Shown one piece after another: positions 45,073 through 55,649 of a stretch of 64,000 nt of DNA (positions are counted from its first letter, which is position 1; every line of letters begins with the position of its first letter). Under the pieces are notes generated by a model. That model made no database searches and was not told the origin of the DNA. It was given only the letters and a program-made list of their open reading frames with translations. A program made the position numbers and the translations under genes. Origin of the DNA: a bacterium (GTDB lineage: Bacteria; UBA8248); the NCBI GenBank assembly GCA_965213625.1, contig CBDBZU010000004.1:1-64000 (forward strand). The letters run 5' to 3'.

Positions 45073-45888
45073 TCACCAGGGAGCCGCGGTGAGTTTCGCC
45101 ATCACGCAGGCATCCTCCACGACCTCGACCTCATCGCGTGAGAGTTTCGCGAAGGCGAGGCACATGGCGACCTCCTCCCAGGAGTCCAAAGGTCCGTGCT
45201 CGATGCCCGTGGCCAGTTCCACCACGGTGTAGCGTGGTGGATGGACGGGCATTCCCCGGTGTTCGCCCGATGAGAAATACGATCGCCTGGCGCACGCCTC
45301 ACACCTGGCTGCTCCATGAGAGGGGGCTGCGCAGTCAACACATGCCCCGCGGGCGCGCCTTGTATGATAGCGCGCCCGGCTGGCGGCGTTCTTGAGCGGA
45401 CGGCGCTTTGAATCCCTTTTGGCGCACGAAGCGCACGTCGAAGCCTTTCCGGTTACGGCGCCTCCGCAACGACCGCAAAGGTTCCTGGAGCGTCTTTTTT
45501 CATAGAGCCTCTTTTCCGCCGCGCGGCGTTCCTCCCGGCAAATCCCGCAGACCGTGCCGCCCTCGGCGGGTTTTCGTTCACCGCAAGTCGTGCAGAGCCC
45601 GGCTTCGAGACGCTCGCGCCTGCGCTTTCTGGCCCTCTCGCGCGCCATGCGCCGGCGGCTCTCGGGATCCCGCCCGCCATATCGAGTACCCTCTGATTTG
45701 GCTCTGGCGTATCGGGCTTGTTCGGACTTGCATCCTCTCTCGAGGCAGTTCGCGCAGAGGCTTCGCCCGGGCGCGGGAGGGTGTTTGCCGCACCTGGGGC
45801 ACATGCCCTGCGCGCGGCGCTCGGCCGTCCGCCTCCTGTGGCGTTCGCGTTCTCTCTCGCGTCGAATAACCGGGTCCTTGTAGGGCAT
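45073..45888 (-). CDS. Arg-rich eight-CxxC zinc-ribbon protein, copy 2
   Basis: Three amino-acid differences from 13695-14510. Confidence 0.75.
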   Translation of the reverse strand: MPYKDPVIRRERERERHRRRTAERRAQGMCPRCGKHPPAPGRSLCANCLERGCKSEQARYARAKSEGTRYGGRDPESRRRMARERARKRRRERLEAGLCTTCGERKPAEGGTVCGICREERRAAEKRLYEKRRSRNLCGRCGGAVTGKASTCASCAKRDSKRRPLKNAASRARYHTRRARGACVDCAAPSHGAARCEACARRSYFSSGEHRGMPVHPPRYTVVELATGIEHGPLDSWEEVAMCLAFAKLSRDEVEVVEDACVMAKLTAAPW

Positions 45889-46569
45889 GCCGTCTCCCTC
45901 CCTGGGGTGGATGGAATCCGTGCGGCCGGCGCCGGGCCGGCAGGACGTCCTCCCGGCGCGGGCCGGGAACACTCACCGGCACAGCATTTTTCCCCGACCA
46001 AGTGTTCGCCCCAGAGCTGCAGGCCGCTACCGGGGATTTTGATCCCCGTGCAGACGATGAGTTCATCCCGCGCGGGCCGCATCTCCCGGACCGCCCGGCG
46101 GGAAGCCGTCACGCGCTTGCTCCTGCGCCCCGCGCTCTCCCTGGCTGGCAGGGGCCTGAGCTCGCCCCCTCCCGTGGATTTGTAGCGCCTTACCTCGTAT
46201 CGCTCGTCCGCCAGTCCCCGGCTTGAGAGATGGGTGAGGAAGGTGTTGGCTTCAGGTTTTGGTTTCCGCATCGCGCAGCCTCCTTGGAATGGGTGGATGA
46301 TGTCGGCGACCGGTACTGACCGGAGAGGGAGAGCCTCCCTCCCGGACCCCTTCCGCCGCCTCTTCCCGGCCCGGCTCGGCCTCTTGGTGGCGCAAAGCGC
46401 GCCGGGGTCTTTCACGGGAAGTCCGGGTCTTGCCCAGGGTGTGAGGCTCAGGGGGGTTGCTTTCGTGCGCCATTGTTTTATAATTTACGTAAGTATTCAT
46501 GTTCTATGTTTCTGAAAACGTTCATTTTAAGGTTTGGGGTTTCCGGCAACTTATTGGAGCGAGGTCACG

Positions 46570-49500
46570 ATGAAGACACTGAGCGCGTTTGTCAGGGGAT
46601 GGAAGAAATTGTGTGAATCCGGGTACCGGTTCTGCGCCGCGCGAGGCGGGGATATCCGGAAAATCCGTTCCGGGGGGTTGACAAACCGGCTCCGGGGGTC
46701 TTTGCATAATCGAGCCGAGCCGAGCCGAGCCGAGCCGAGCCGAGCCGAGCCGAGCCGAGCCGAGCCGAGCCGAGCCGCTCTTGCTACATCTCCGTGGTGG
46801 CGCCGCCTAGGGCGCTCCGCCGCCCGGTCTGAGCCTCTCGGCTCTTCCGGCGGTTGCCCCGCAACCCGCCGGCCCGCTTCTTCCTCCGGTCGTCCCGTTG
46901 CTTCCACTGCGTTCGCGGGCAGCCTGCGCCGGAGCCTTGCCGCTGTGTTGCTCGGACTGCTGTTGAGCGGCTTCGCCGCCCCGGCGGCCGCGCAGACGAC
47001 CATGCCGCAGATTATGCTCAGCCAGACGAACTTCAAGCTTGACGAGCCGCAGGACAACAACTGCCCGGACAGCAAAGTCGGCACTGAGAAGACGTTTCAT
47101 TATAACCAGAACACTGAAAAGCTGGAGAGAGTAGAGCGGCACTACGGGCGCGTGCTCACGTCAGTGCAGTACAAGGTCATGCTCGACCGCAAGCCCGGCC
47201 CGGGCAAATATGTCAGCGTGGAGATCTGGGACCCGACCGATCTGGACCGGCCTGATGTCAGGGACGGATACCACGACGACGGCTCAATCGCATTCACAGG
47301 ACACTTCTCGCAGAACGCGCAAATCCACGGCATCAGCTGGCGTGGTGGCCAGCAGGGCAGGATCACCATCGCCAAGTCCTTCCTGACCTTCACCGACAAG
47401 AACTGGAACCGGGCGCAGACGGTGACGGTGAACATCCTTTGCGCACAGCATGACGTCAACACGCCGCTGCCGATCTGGCACTTCGCCTTCCGGCATAACG
47501 ATCGCGTGATCAATCCAGGAGCCACCCACCAGTACCGCCTCTCGGATTCCGTGCACGCCGCCGGCGACAACCGCAAGGGCGACAACAGCCCGAACAACAC
47601 CAGCCTCAAGATCGCCGAGGTGCGGGTGGCGGACAGCACCGAACCGGCCGCCGTCACGAGCAACGTTGACGGCAAACTCGTCCTCGATGCCTACGGGTCG
47701 GGCTTCACCACGGGCGGCAAGAAGATGATCGACCTGGAGTTTAACTGGAACCATCCGGACAATGCGCTGCACAACGACTATGACGACGCCGCCGAACAGT
47801 TCGCCGCCTTCCGCGTCAAGTTGCGGACGGTGGAACCGGCCGGCCACCCGGTGCAGGAGAAGGTCGTGCCCGTGAACCTCATCAGCCCCGGCGACGACAA
47901 GACCACTACCTCGTGGTATGCGGCACTCGAGGCGAAGGGCCATGTGGGCTGGGTGCATGGCCGGCCCCAACCGGCCGACGGGAAGTACGAGTGGAGCGTC
48001 GTCCCCCTGGACCGGCGCTGGAACGACGTGGAGGCCGAGCGGGTCACCAGGTGCGTGCTGCTGACGAGCAGAGCCGGCCCGAACGGCGGCCGGGCCTCGC
48101 GTATTGACGAGACGGCCACCCCGACTTGTCCTCCTGCGCCGCAGAACGCGCCCGCGCAGGCCGCGCCGGCGCAGGCGCCCACCGAGGCGGTCGCCAACCT
48201 GCAGGTGACGGCGGTGGACGCTGCCAGCGCCGGCGTCACCTGGGACGCGGTGGAACACGCCACCTCCTACGAGGTGTCATGGGATGCCAACGGTTCGCAG
48301 ACCGCCGTCTCCGGCGCCGAGAGCGTGACGGGCGCCTCGGCCACCATCCGGCACGATGCCCAGGAAGCCATGACGCTGACGGTCACGGTGACGCCGGAAT
48401 ACGTGGACGGCAACGGCGTGACGCAGCGACTCGACGCGCTGGCCGCCACGGCGACGCTCGCCGTGGGGCCGGGCGGCGACGCGCTGAGCGCCAGCGCGCA
48501 GGCCGAGGCAGCCTGCGTCTCAGGCGCCCTGCTTGCCGACGCCCGGAAGGCTGCGAGCGAAACCTGGCGGACTTCGGGCCATGTCGAGCGCTGGAGCCGG
48601 GTGCTTGCGGCCTTCGGGGAGAGCAACGCCTACAGCAACAACCCGATGACCGTCGCCGAGGCGCGGGCGCAGGCGGACCGCGGCCTCAAGCGCTGGACCC
48701 CGGTGCTCGAGGCGCTGGAATGCCTGGCGGCGGCGCCGGAGGAACAGCCGGAACAGGCCGAGGCGCAGCCGGCGACGCCGGCCACGCCCGCGCTCAGCCT
48801 CTCGGCGGGGTCCGCCGTGGACGAGGGCGGCAATGCCGCCTTCACGGTCACGGCCGACCCGGCGCCGCAGTCCGACCTGACGATCGCCTTCACCGTCGCC
48901 CAGAGCGGCGATTACCTGGATGCGCCCGGCGCGGGCAGCCGGACGGTGGTCCTGACAGCAGGGGCCGCCGGCGTCGCACTCTCCGTTGCCACGGTGGACG
49001 ATGCGGCGGACGAGGCCGACGGCTCGGTGAGCGTCACCCTCGGCACGGGCGCGGGATACACGGTGGCCGGGGGCAAGGGCAGCGCCGCGGTAACGGTGCG
49101 CGACGATGACGAGCCGGTGGTGAGCATCGTCGCCGGCAGCGGGGTGACGGAAGGCGCCCCGGCCTCCTTCACGGTGAATGCCGAGCCGGCGCCTGCGGCG
49201 CCGCTCGACATAACGCTGACCGTCGGCCAGAGCGGCGCCTTCGCCGCTTCGGGCGAGGCGGGATCGAGGACGGTCACCGTCCCGGTGTCGGGCAGCGTGG
49301 ACGTGGAGGTCGCCACTTTGGACGACGCTGCGGACGAGCCGGACGGCTCGATCACGGCGACCTTGGATGCCGGCACGGGCTACACGGTGGCGGCGGCGCC
49401 GGACAATGCGGCCACGGTGGCGGTGTCGGACAACGACGCGGCGTCGTCGGGGCCGACGATCTCGATTGCCGATGCGAGCTTCAAGGAGAACCAGCGCACG

Positions 49501-51327
49501 GGGTATTTCACGGTGACGATGAGCGAGCCCGCGGACCGGACAATCACCATCCTCTACGCGACCCGCCAATCGACACCGGTCTCGGCCAAGGCCGGCCGGG
49601 ACTACTTCGAATGGAAGCGGGCCTGGCGGGCACGGATCTCGATATTGCCGGGCAAGACGACGGCGCGGGTTCCCGTCTACATCTACAACGACAGCCATGA
49701 CGAGGATCCGGAGACGTTCGAGGTGGTCCTGTTCGACGCCGATGAAGGTGTGTCGATTTCGGACGGTGTTGCGGTGGGCACGATCACCAACGACGACCCG
49801 ATGCCGGCGGCGTGGCTGGCGCGTTTCGGTCGCACGGCGGCGGAGCAGGCGCTGGACGGCATAGCCGGGCGCATCGCGGCCTCGCGCAGCGCCGGGGTGC
49901 AGGGCACGATCGCCGGGCAGCCGCTCGCCTTCGGGCCTGTCGGCGCGTCGCCTGCGGCGCACGCGATTACGGCCGGGGGCGGCCGCCACATCGCCCTCGG
50001 GGAGGGAGAGGTCTTCGCCAGCGAGTCGTACCGCTCCGGCGCAGGTGCGCCGGCGGACTCGCGCCTTCTGACGACGCGGGACCTGCTATTAGGCTCGAAC
50101 TTCACGCAGACAGGGGAGAAGGACGGCACGGGCGGCAGCTTCGCCTTCTGGGGCCGGGCGGCGCAGTCGAGCTTCGACGGCCGGGAGGGCAGCTTCTCGC
50201 TCGACGGCGAGGCGACCACGGCCATGCTGGGCGCGGACTATGCGCGCGGCGACTGGCTGGTCGGCATGGCTCTGATGCATAGCAGCGGAGAAGGCGGCTA
50301 TGCAGACAACGGACCGGTTTCCGGGGCAGGCAGCGGTACGGATTCCGTGCGCTGTCCCCAACCTCTGGATGCCGGGACGCGGAGGGTCCATTGCAGCGGC
50401 GCCGTGCGGGAAGGCGACGGCAGTGTGGAGGCGTCGCTGGCGGCGGCGGTTCCCTATGCCTCGCTCCGGGTCTCGGAACGCCTGAAGCTCTGGGGCGCGC
50501 TCGGCTACGGTTCGGGCGAGGTGACGCTCGAGACGGCCATGGGCGACCGCTATGACGCGGACACGACGTGGTCCATGGCGGCGGCGGGACTCAGGGGCGG
50601 CCTTTTGAAGCCCGGGAGCTTCAGCCTCGCCCTTCTCGCCGACGCGCTGTGGACGCGCACGGATTCGGATGAGACCGGCGAGCTTTCGGCCTCGCGCTCC
50701 GAGGTGAACCGGCTTCGGCTGGGAATCGAGGGGAGCCGTGAATTCACGCTCGATGGCGGCGTCGTTGCGCCTCGGGTCGAATTCGGGGTGCGCCACGACG
50801 GGGGCGGCGCGGAGACGGGCTTCGGCGTCGAGGTGGGCGCCGGGGTATCGCTCACCGCCGGGCGTCTCGGCCTCGTGCTCGACGTATCGGGCCGCACGCT
50901 GCTCGCGCACGAGGACGAGGACCTGAAGGACCGGGGGATATCGGCCTCGCTTACCTATGACCCGGACCCCGGGAGCAAACGGGGCGCTTCGTTCGCGCTC
51001 CGGCGCGACCTGGGCGGTTCGGCCGCGGACGGGCTCGACGCGCTGTTCGCCTCCGATCCGCTGGCGAAGCGCTCCGGCGGGCGGAGCGACGGCTGGCGCG
51101 CGGAGGCGGCCTGGGGGCTGCCCGCCTTCGGCGGACGCTTCACGGGTTCTCCCTTCCTCGCCTGGGGCTTCTCGGCCGGGGCGCGGGACTACGACGTGGG
51201 CTGGCGCCTCGAACCCGAGGCTGCAGGCGCCCCCGACCTCTCGCTCGCCGTAAAGGCCACGCGGCGAGAGGCCGCGGACGATACGACCGACCACGGCGTC
51301 GGGGTCGACCTCACCGCGCGCTGGTAG
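46570..51327 (+). CDS. Large autotransporter-like Calx-beta/Fn3 surface protein (copy 2)
   Basis: Near-identical to 8264-13012, 3 aa longer in the linker (EEQPEQAEAQ). Confidence 0.85.
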   Translation: MKTLSAFVRGWKKLCESGYRFCAARGGDIRKIRSGGLTNRLRGSLHNRAEPSRAEPSRAEPSRAEPSRAALATSPWWRRLGRSAARSEPLGSSGGCPATRRPASSSGRPVASTAFAGSLRRSLAAVLLGLLLSGFAAPAAAQTTMPQIMLSQTNFKLDEPQDNNCPDSKVGTEKTFHYNQNTEKLERVERHYGRVLTSVQYKVMLDRKPGPGKYVSVEIWDPTDLDRPDVRDGYHDDGSIAFTGHFSQNAQIHGISWRGGQQGRITIAKSFLTFTDKNWNRAQTVTVNILCAQHDVNTPLPIWHFAFRHNDRVINPGATHQYRLSDSVHAAGDNRKGDNSPNNTSLKIAEVRVADSTEPAAVTSNVDGKLVLDAYGSGFTTGGKKMIDLEFNWNHPDNALHNDYDDAAEQFAAFRVKLRTVEPAGHPVQEKVVPVNLISPGDDKTTTSWYAALEAKGHVGWVHGRPQPADGKYEWSVVPLDRRWNDVEAERVTRCVLLTSRAGPNGGRASRIDETATPTCPPAPQNAPAQAAPAQAPTEAVANLQVTAVDAASAGVTWDAVEHATSYEVSWDANGSQTAVSGAESVTGASATIRHDAQEAMTLTVTVTPEYVDGNGVTQRLDALAATATLAVGPGGDALSASAQAEAACVSGALLADARKAASETWRTSGHVERWSRVLAAFGESNAYSNNPMTVAEARAQADRGLKRWTPVLEALECLAAAPEEQPEQAEAQPATPATPALSLSAGSAVDEGGNAAFTVTADPAPQSDLTIAFTVAQSGDYLDAPGAGSRTVVLTAGAAGVALSVATVDDAADEADGSVSVTLGTGAGYTVAGGKGSAAVTVRDDDEPVVSIVAGSGVTEGAPASFTVNAEPAPAAPLDITLTVGQSGAFAASGEAGSRTVTVPVSGSVDVEVATLDDAADEPDGSITATLDAGTGYTVAAAPDNAATVAVSDNDAASSGPTISIADASFKENQRTGYFTVTMSEPADRTITILYATRQSTPVSAKAGRDYFEWKRAWRARISILPGKTTARVPVYIYNDSHDEDPETFEVVLFDADEGVSISDGVAVGTITNDDPMPAAWLARFGRTAAEQALDGIAGRIAASRSAGVQGTIAGQPLAFGPVGASPAAHAITAGGGRHIALGEGEVFASESYRSGAGAPADSRLLTTRDLLLGSNFTQTGEKDGTGGSFAFWGRAAQSSFDGREGSFSLDGEATTAMLGADYARGDWLVGMALMHSSGEGGYADNGPVSGAGSGTDSVRCPQPLDAGTRRVHCSGAVREGDGSVEASLAAAVPYASLRVSERLKLWGALGYGSGEVTLETAMGDRYDADTTWSMAAAGLRGGLLKPGSFSLALLADALWTRTDSDETGELSASRSEVNRLRLGIEGSREFTLDGGVVAPRVEFGVRHDGGGAETGFGVEVGAGVSLTAGRLGLVLDVSGRTLLAHEDEDLKDRGISASLTYDPDPGSKRGASFALRRDLGGSAADGLDALFASDPLAKRSGGRSDGWRAEAAWGLPAFGGRFTGSPFLAWGFSAGARDYDVGWRLEPEAAGAPDLSLAVKATRREAADDTTDHGVGVDLTARW
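46711..46775 (+). repeat. Simple sequence repeat (CGAGC)13 in the 5' coding region
   Basis: 13 perfect units. Confidence 0.95.
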
Positions 51328-51353
51328 AATACGGCAGAAGCGGGGTAGCGGGT

Positions 51354-51679
51354 TCAGGGAGAGGACGCCCCGGGATACCCCTTCAGCACGTCCGCCGCGA
51401 TGCTCTCTGATACCTCGAGGGCTGCCTCTCTCACTGAATTGCGCGCGGGATGCGCGTAGCGCGCCGTGGTTTCGACCCGCGCGTGGCCGAGCAGCTTCCC
51501 GATGGCGGGGAGGGATTCGCCCAGCGCAAGCGCGCGCGAGGCGAACGAGTGACGAAGGTCATGGAGCCGCACGTCACGGAGACCGGCATATCCTTATCCC
51601 GGTAGACGGTGTCGCGCTCCACCTCGAGCGACTCCACCGTGCGCCTCGATATCGTGGTCCGTCCAAGCTTCGCCATCAC
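51354..51679 (-). pseudogene. Internally deleted tyrosine integrase (N-terminal tip joined to C-terminus)
   Basis: MAKLGRTTISRRTVESLEVERDTVYRDKDMP, then in another frame VRLHDLRHSFASRALALGE...ETTARYAH. Confidence 0.85.
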
Positions 51680-51752
51680 TTATCTCCCGCGGGTAACACG
51701 TCGGTGCCGATGCTCCCGCCCACTCTCGCGGCCGACGCCTTTTCGGCCTCAC

Positions 51753-51885
51753 GCACCTCGCTCGCGATTCGGCGCAGGAGGCGGCCGATCGGGTCGCCGC
51801 GAGCATCGCCGAAGACATGCTGCAGGGTGCCGTACACAACTCACGGAAAACCCGGTCGATGATGAATGCGATTTTCCTATAACGT
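51753..51885 (+). pseudogene. IntB-type extreme C-terminal remnant plus downstream sequence
   Basis: HLARDSAQEAADRVAASIAEDML and tgcgatttt.ctata resemble 8012-8105. Confidence 0.65.
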
Positions 51886-52200
51886 CCTCTCCCGGACGAC
51901 CCTTCGCCCCCTCCCCGGCCAGACTCGGCCTTTTCGCGGCGTAGAGCGGCATCTGCGGACCGCGATGCGATTGCGCTCAGTCGTTCTCTTTGCGAACATG
52001 CGTGAGCACATGCGGGTGAGTTCAGGGGAAACTTGAGGAAGTCCGGCAGCGAGACCCGGGCGAAGGGCACTCTCACGAGAGGGAGACGCTGCCTGACAGG
52101 GCCGGGCAGGTACATGATCGGAAATCGGCCGGTGCTGCGGCACCGTCAAATTCTCGCGCACAGGCTGCCGGGTGGCGTCTGGCGCAGCCGGAACTACGGC

Positions 52201-52230
52201 TTTCATGTGGTGTTGATATGGTGTTGATTC
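52201..52230. promoter_or_regulatory. Putative integrase arm-type sites near the right att
   Basis: tttcatg-TGGTGTTGAT-a-TGGTGTTGAT, similar to tttcatgtGTTGACTAcaggGTTGACTA at 15677-15704. Confidence 0.5.
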
Positions 52231-52329
52231 CATTCCGAATCAAATGTCTGAAGAATTATCTATCCTGTAACCTATTGTAAATATATGAATTAAAAACCAT
52301 ACCCCGCATGAAATCCTCTAAACTTCCAA

Positions 52330-52677
52330 GTCGCAAATCTATCCATCGCCACCGACGAGGGCTACGTGGACCGACAATCCGGTGACCGCATCGACAAGAC
52401 GGAGTGGCACCGGGTCGTCACCTTTCAGCCCGGCCTGGTGGATATGTTCGAGAAGCACGCGAAGAAGGGCCGCCTGGTCTACGTGGCGGGCAAGCTCCAG
52501 ACCCGCCGATGGAAGAAGGACGAGGAAGACTCCGATCGCTTCTCCACCGAGATCCTCGTAGCACCTGGCGGGCGGGTGCAGTTCCTGGACAAGGTGAACG
52601 GGAATGGCAACGGCAACCGCGCGGATCCCGAGACGGTAGCGGCAGTCGATGGAGCCGCCGACGAGATTCCTTTCTAA
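52330..52677 (+). pseudogene. ssb: ssb 3' part, resuming at the att core
   Basis: VANLSIATDEGYVDRQSGDRIDKTEWHRVV...DEIPF; no start codon or N-terminus. Confidence 0.9.
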
Positions 52678-52683
52678 CCTCAC

Positions 52684-52722
52684 AACGGGCCGGCGCCACG
52701 CGCGCGTCGGCCCGTTTTTTTT
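52684..52722 (+). terminator. Intrinsic terminator after the ssb 3' part
   Basis: aacgggccggcgc...gcgtcggcccgttttttt. Confidence 0.8.
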
Positions 52723-53043
52723 GTTCGTTATCCAGAGGAAGTCCACCACCGAAGCGCCCGCGCCTTTCCCTCCCTGCCGGCCCTTCTCCTCTACCGGGAA
52801 CACCCCATAAACCTCCGGTTCCGTGAACGGTAAACCATGTTCCCGGAAGATCGGCAGGAACACTGCAATCATACCATATTCAGGATAGTGGCTCGGTCCA
52901 CCCCCCGCTGCGGGAATTCCGGGCCGAATAACGGCCCGGAATGACCCTCTCCGCAGCATGAAGGGATGTTTCCCGATGAGCTTCGCCTTCATCGTGAAAC
53001 CTCAAAGGCTCTTGTGTCCCGGTGGCGATACTGATGTCTCTCT

Positions 53044-53234
53044 CTTAGCGTCCTCATTTTAGCACGCACGGCGCGGGGTCAAGGGTGCTTTTGCAAATAA
53101 CGCAAAAGCATCTTTTTTTCAGAAAAAATCGGTGATGCATGGATTTTTTCCGCTGCGCGCCCTCCGGGTGAAAAAAAGACTGAAAACCGCCCCTGACGCC
53201 CACGCCTGACACGTGCTGAAAATGAGGCGCTAAG
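53044..53234 (+). promoter_or_regulatory. Long imperfect stem-loop, candidate ssDNA promoter (copy 2)
   Basis: cttagcgtcctcattttagcacg pairs with cgtgctgaaaatgaggcgctaag; internal hairpin TGCTTTTGC/GCAAAAGCA. Confidence 0.6.
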
Positions 53235-53270
53235 AAGCATATCCGTTAACTCTCTGGAAAGGAGAAAGGC

Positions 53271-53642
53271 ATGGAAACCACCGTGGTGAACCTGAACGAC
53301 TACGTTGCAGAAAACGGCAGCGGCTTGCTGGTGAGGATCGACTGCATGACGAAGTGGGGAAACCCCTTCCGGGTCGGCGCCGATGGCGACCGCGACGACG
53401 TCATCAAGAAATACCGCCAATGGCTGTGGAGAAAAATCCGGCAGGAGGAGGTGAACCTCTACGAACTCGCCGACCTGCAAGGCTGCGAACTCGGCTGCCA
53501 CTGCCATCCCCTCCCGTGTCACGGCGACGTCCTCGCCCGCGCCGCCGAGTGGGCAGCAAGGTATCTCGACGAGATGCCCAGGGAAGTGGGGCGCAACGAG
53601 CGTGGCTACGCGCTGCCCGAATTCAACCATCCCCTCGCTTGA
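53271..53642 (+). CDS. DUF4326 domain protein, copy 2
   Basis: KWGNPF, LGCHCHPLPCHGDVL. Confidence 0.9.
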   Translation: METTVVNLNDYVAENGSGLLVRIDCMTKWGNPFRVGADGDRDDVIKKYRQWLWRKIRQEEVNLYELADLQGCELGCHCHPLPCHGDVLARAAEWAARYLDEMPREVGRNERGYALPEFNHPLA

Positions 53643-53663
53643 GGACAACCAAAGGAGTGAACG

Positions 53664-54614
53664 ATGACCGCTATACACGACCACAAGGAGATGAACATGA
53701 ACGAGCACACGGAACACGAAGCGCAAAACGAATCTTTCACCGCCATGGTCTGCGAGCAGGCAGCGCTTTTCGGCGCCACGCCAGGGCCGGATGAGTTCGA
53801 CAACCGCCCCGTGTGGGACGAGGGCGAGGCCACCGCCGCCGTCATCAAGGCCTTCGGCGCACTTGCAGAAGCTGCGCCCGACGGAACACAACTCGCCGAC
53901 GAGCGGGCGAGTCTCCTGTGGGGCTTCGTCAACACCTTGGACGCCCAGACACAGCGCCTCGACCGCGCCGCCGACAGGCTCATCCCCGGCATCCGTGAAC
54001 TCCAGCGCGAGCAGGACGGCTCCGAGATCCGCTCGCGTGAACTCGAACTCAAGACCGACAGGGCCAACAACCTCACGGAACGCCGCGACGCCTTCGAGGG
54101 ACTGCGCGACACGGCCGCCGAGGCCTATCGCATCGAGACCGGCGAGGTATGGCGGCCCAGGCGAGGATCGCACGTCAGCCAGACCGGCAAGCTCACCTCC
54201 GCCGTCATCGAGGCGCGCGACTTCCAGCGCGCCAGAAAGGACCGTGAGAACACCGCCCATCTCCCCCAGGGAACCCTCGTCGCCGTCGCGGGTGGCAAGG
54301 AGGCGAACGACGCCGGCAAAATCATCGCGCATCTCGACCGCCTCAAGGCCAAGTACGCCGACGTCGTTCTCGTCCACGGCGGCGGACCCGGTGCGGAGAA
54401 GATAGCGGCGGGATGGGCCGAGAGAAACGGCGTCCACCAGGTCGTCTGCAAGCCGGATTGGGATGCCCACGGACGGGCCGCTCCCTTCCGCAGGAACGAC
54501 GAGCTGCTCGCACTCCTGCCCAAGGGCGTGATCGCGTTCCCGGGCAGCGGCATCACCGACAACCTCGTCGACAAGGCAAAAACCCTCGGCATCCCCGTCC
54601 AGAAAGTAGCGTGA
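53664..54614 (+). CDS. DUF2493 / SLOG domain protein, copy 2
   Basis: Paralog of 41767-42717. Confidence 0.85.
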   Translation: MTAIHDHKEMNMNEHTEHEAQNESFTAMVCEQAALFGATPGPDEFDNRPVWDEGEATAAVIKAFGALAEAAPDGTQLADERASLLWGFVNTLDAQTQRLDRAADRLIPGIRELQREQDGSEIRSRELELKTDRANNLTERRDAFEGLRDTAAEAYRIETGEVWRPRRGSHVSQTGKLTSAVIEARDFQRARKDRENTAHLPQGTLVAVAGGKEANDAGKIIAHLDRLKAKYADVVLVHGGGPGAEKIAAGWAERNGVHQVVCKPDWDAHGRAAPFRRNDELLALLPKGVIAFPGSGITDNLVDKAKTLGIPVQKVA

Positions 54615-55235
54615 CTTGAACGCTCAACGGGTCGCGTCGCAGCACATCAACTGTGGCGCGGCCCGTCGCTTCTCTCCTCCCTCACTCCACCGTACCTCTA
54701 CTGCTTGCTCCGCTCGTCTCCAACCGCTCAGTCGCCGCGGCGGCTCCCGCTCGCCATTCTCGCCGGCAAAAATTCCCTCGACTCGCGTTCCAAAAGATCC
54801 CTGCGCTAGCCGCCCTTCGGCGTTTCGTTCAGTACACCCGACGCATCGCCGATGCGGGTGTTACATAGGCTGCGAACGACCGCGATTCGTTGCGCCTCTC
54901 TTTTATCATTCATCTTCCCGAGCATCCCCGTCGCGCCGAGAAAAGTAATACCAATCTGGTGGCATACATATCCTTTTGAAATCACTTCACTTAAGACATA
55001 GCGTATGCTGTTTGTAATACGTTTGGTATCAGGGTGTTTCCTGTAGATACCAAATTGGTAGCACCCAGGCCTGCGCTGCGTTATGATGGATACCGATTTG
55101 GTATTGCGAATACTGTCACCAATTCGAGACCTTCCCGGTTCGCGACGAGTGTGTTCGGTGAATTGAAACGAGAATTTCCCGATCGTTTTGGTACCGGAAT
55201 CGATTAAAATCATCGCGAAGGGAGCGGCAAAACGA

Positions 55236-55517
55236 ATGGCGCAGACGACACAGAAGAACATCCGTTTCACGTCCGAACAGTGGAAACGCGTCGAAAAAGA
55301 AGCCGAAAAGCTTGATATTTCGCCGAACCGGCTCGTGGTAGAGCTTACAATTGAGGGCCTGGAGCGCCGGGAATGGCCCCGCACCGAGGCCGAAATCCAC
55401 CTGTTGCGTTCCGCCATGTTCACCGCCCAGTCCATCATCCGCGACATGGAGAAGGCTGGACGCGAGCAGGAGATCAAGCAAATCAGCAGGAATATCTCCG
55501 AAGTCGCGCCGGAATAG
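55236..55517 (+). CDS. Small RHH-like DNA-binding protein, copy 2
   Basis: KNIRFTSEQWKRVEKEAEKLDISPNRLV...WPRTEAEIHLLRSAMFTAQ. Confidence 0.7.
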   Translation: MAQTTQKNIRFTSEQWKRVEKEAEKLDISPNRLVVELTIEGLERREWPRTEAEIHLLRSAMFTAQSIIRDMEKAGREQEIKQISRNISEVAPE

Positions 55518-55649
55518 CCGGGCAAATCAGCGAAAGACCAGCAGTATCAGGGGGATTCGGGGAGTGAGAATACATGAACCGACCTCCTCGATCCGGGAGT
55601 TCAGCCGAGTAAGGCCACCGATTTTGGCGAGATGATCGCAGCCCACATG

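Larger units (their letters stand above)
44041..51374. repeat. Right arm of ~7.3 kb inverted repeat (partner 8217-15542)
   Basis: Mirror of the left arm. Confidence 0.95.

Noticed and set aside
52339-52992. 217-aa minus-strand ORF
   Set aside because: Its second half is antisense to ssb and the other copy (43389-43589) is frameshifted.
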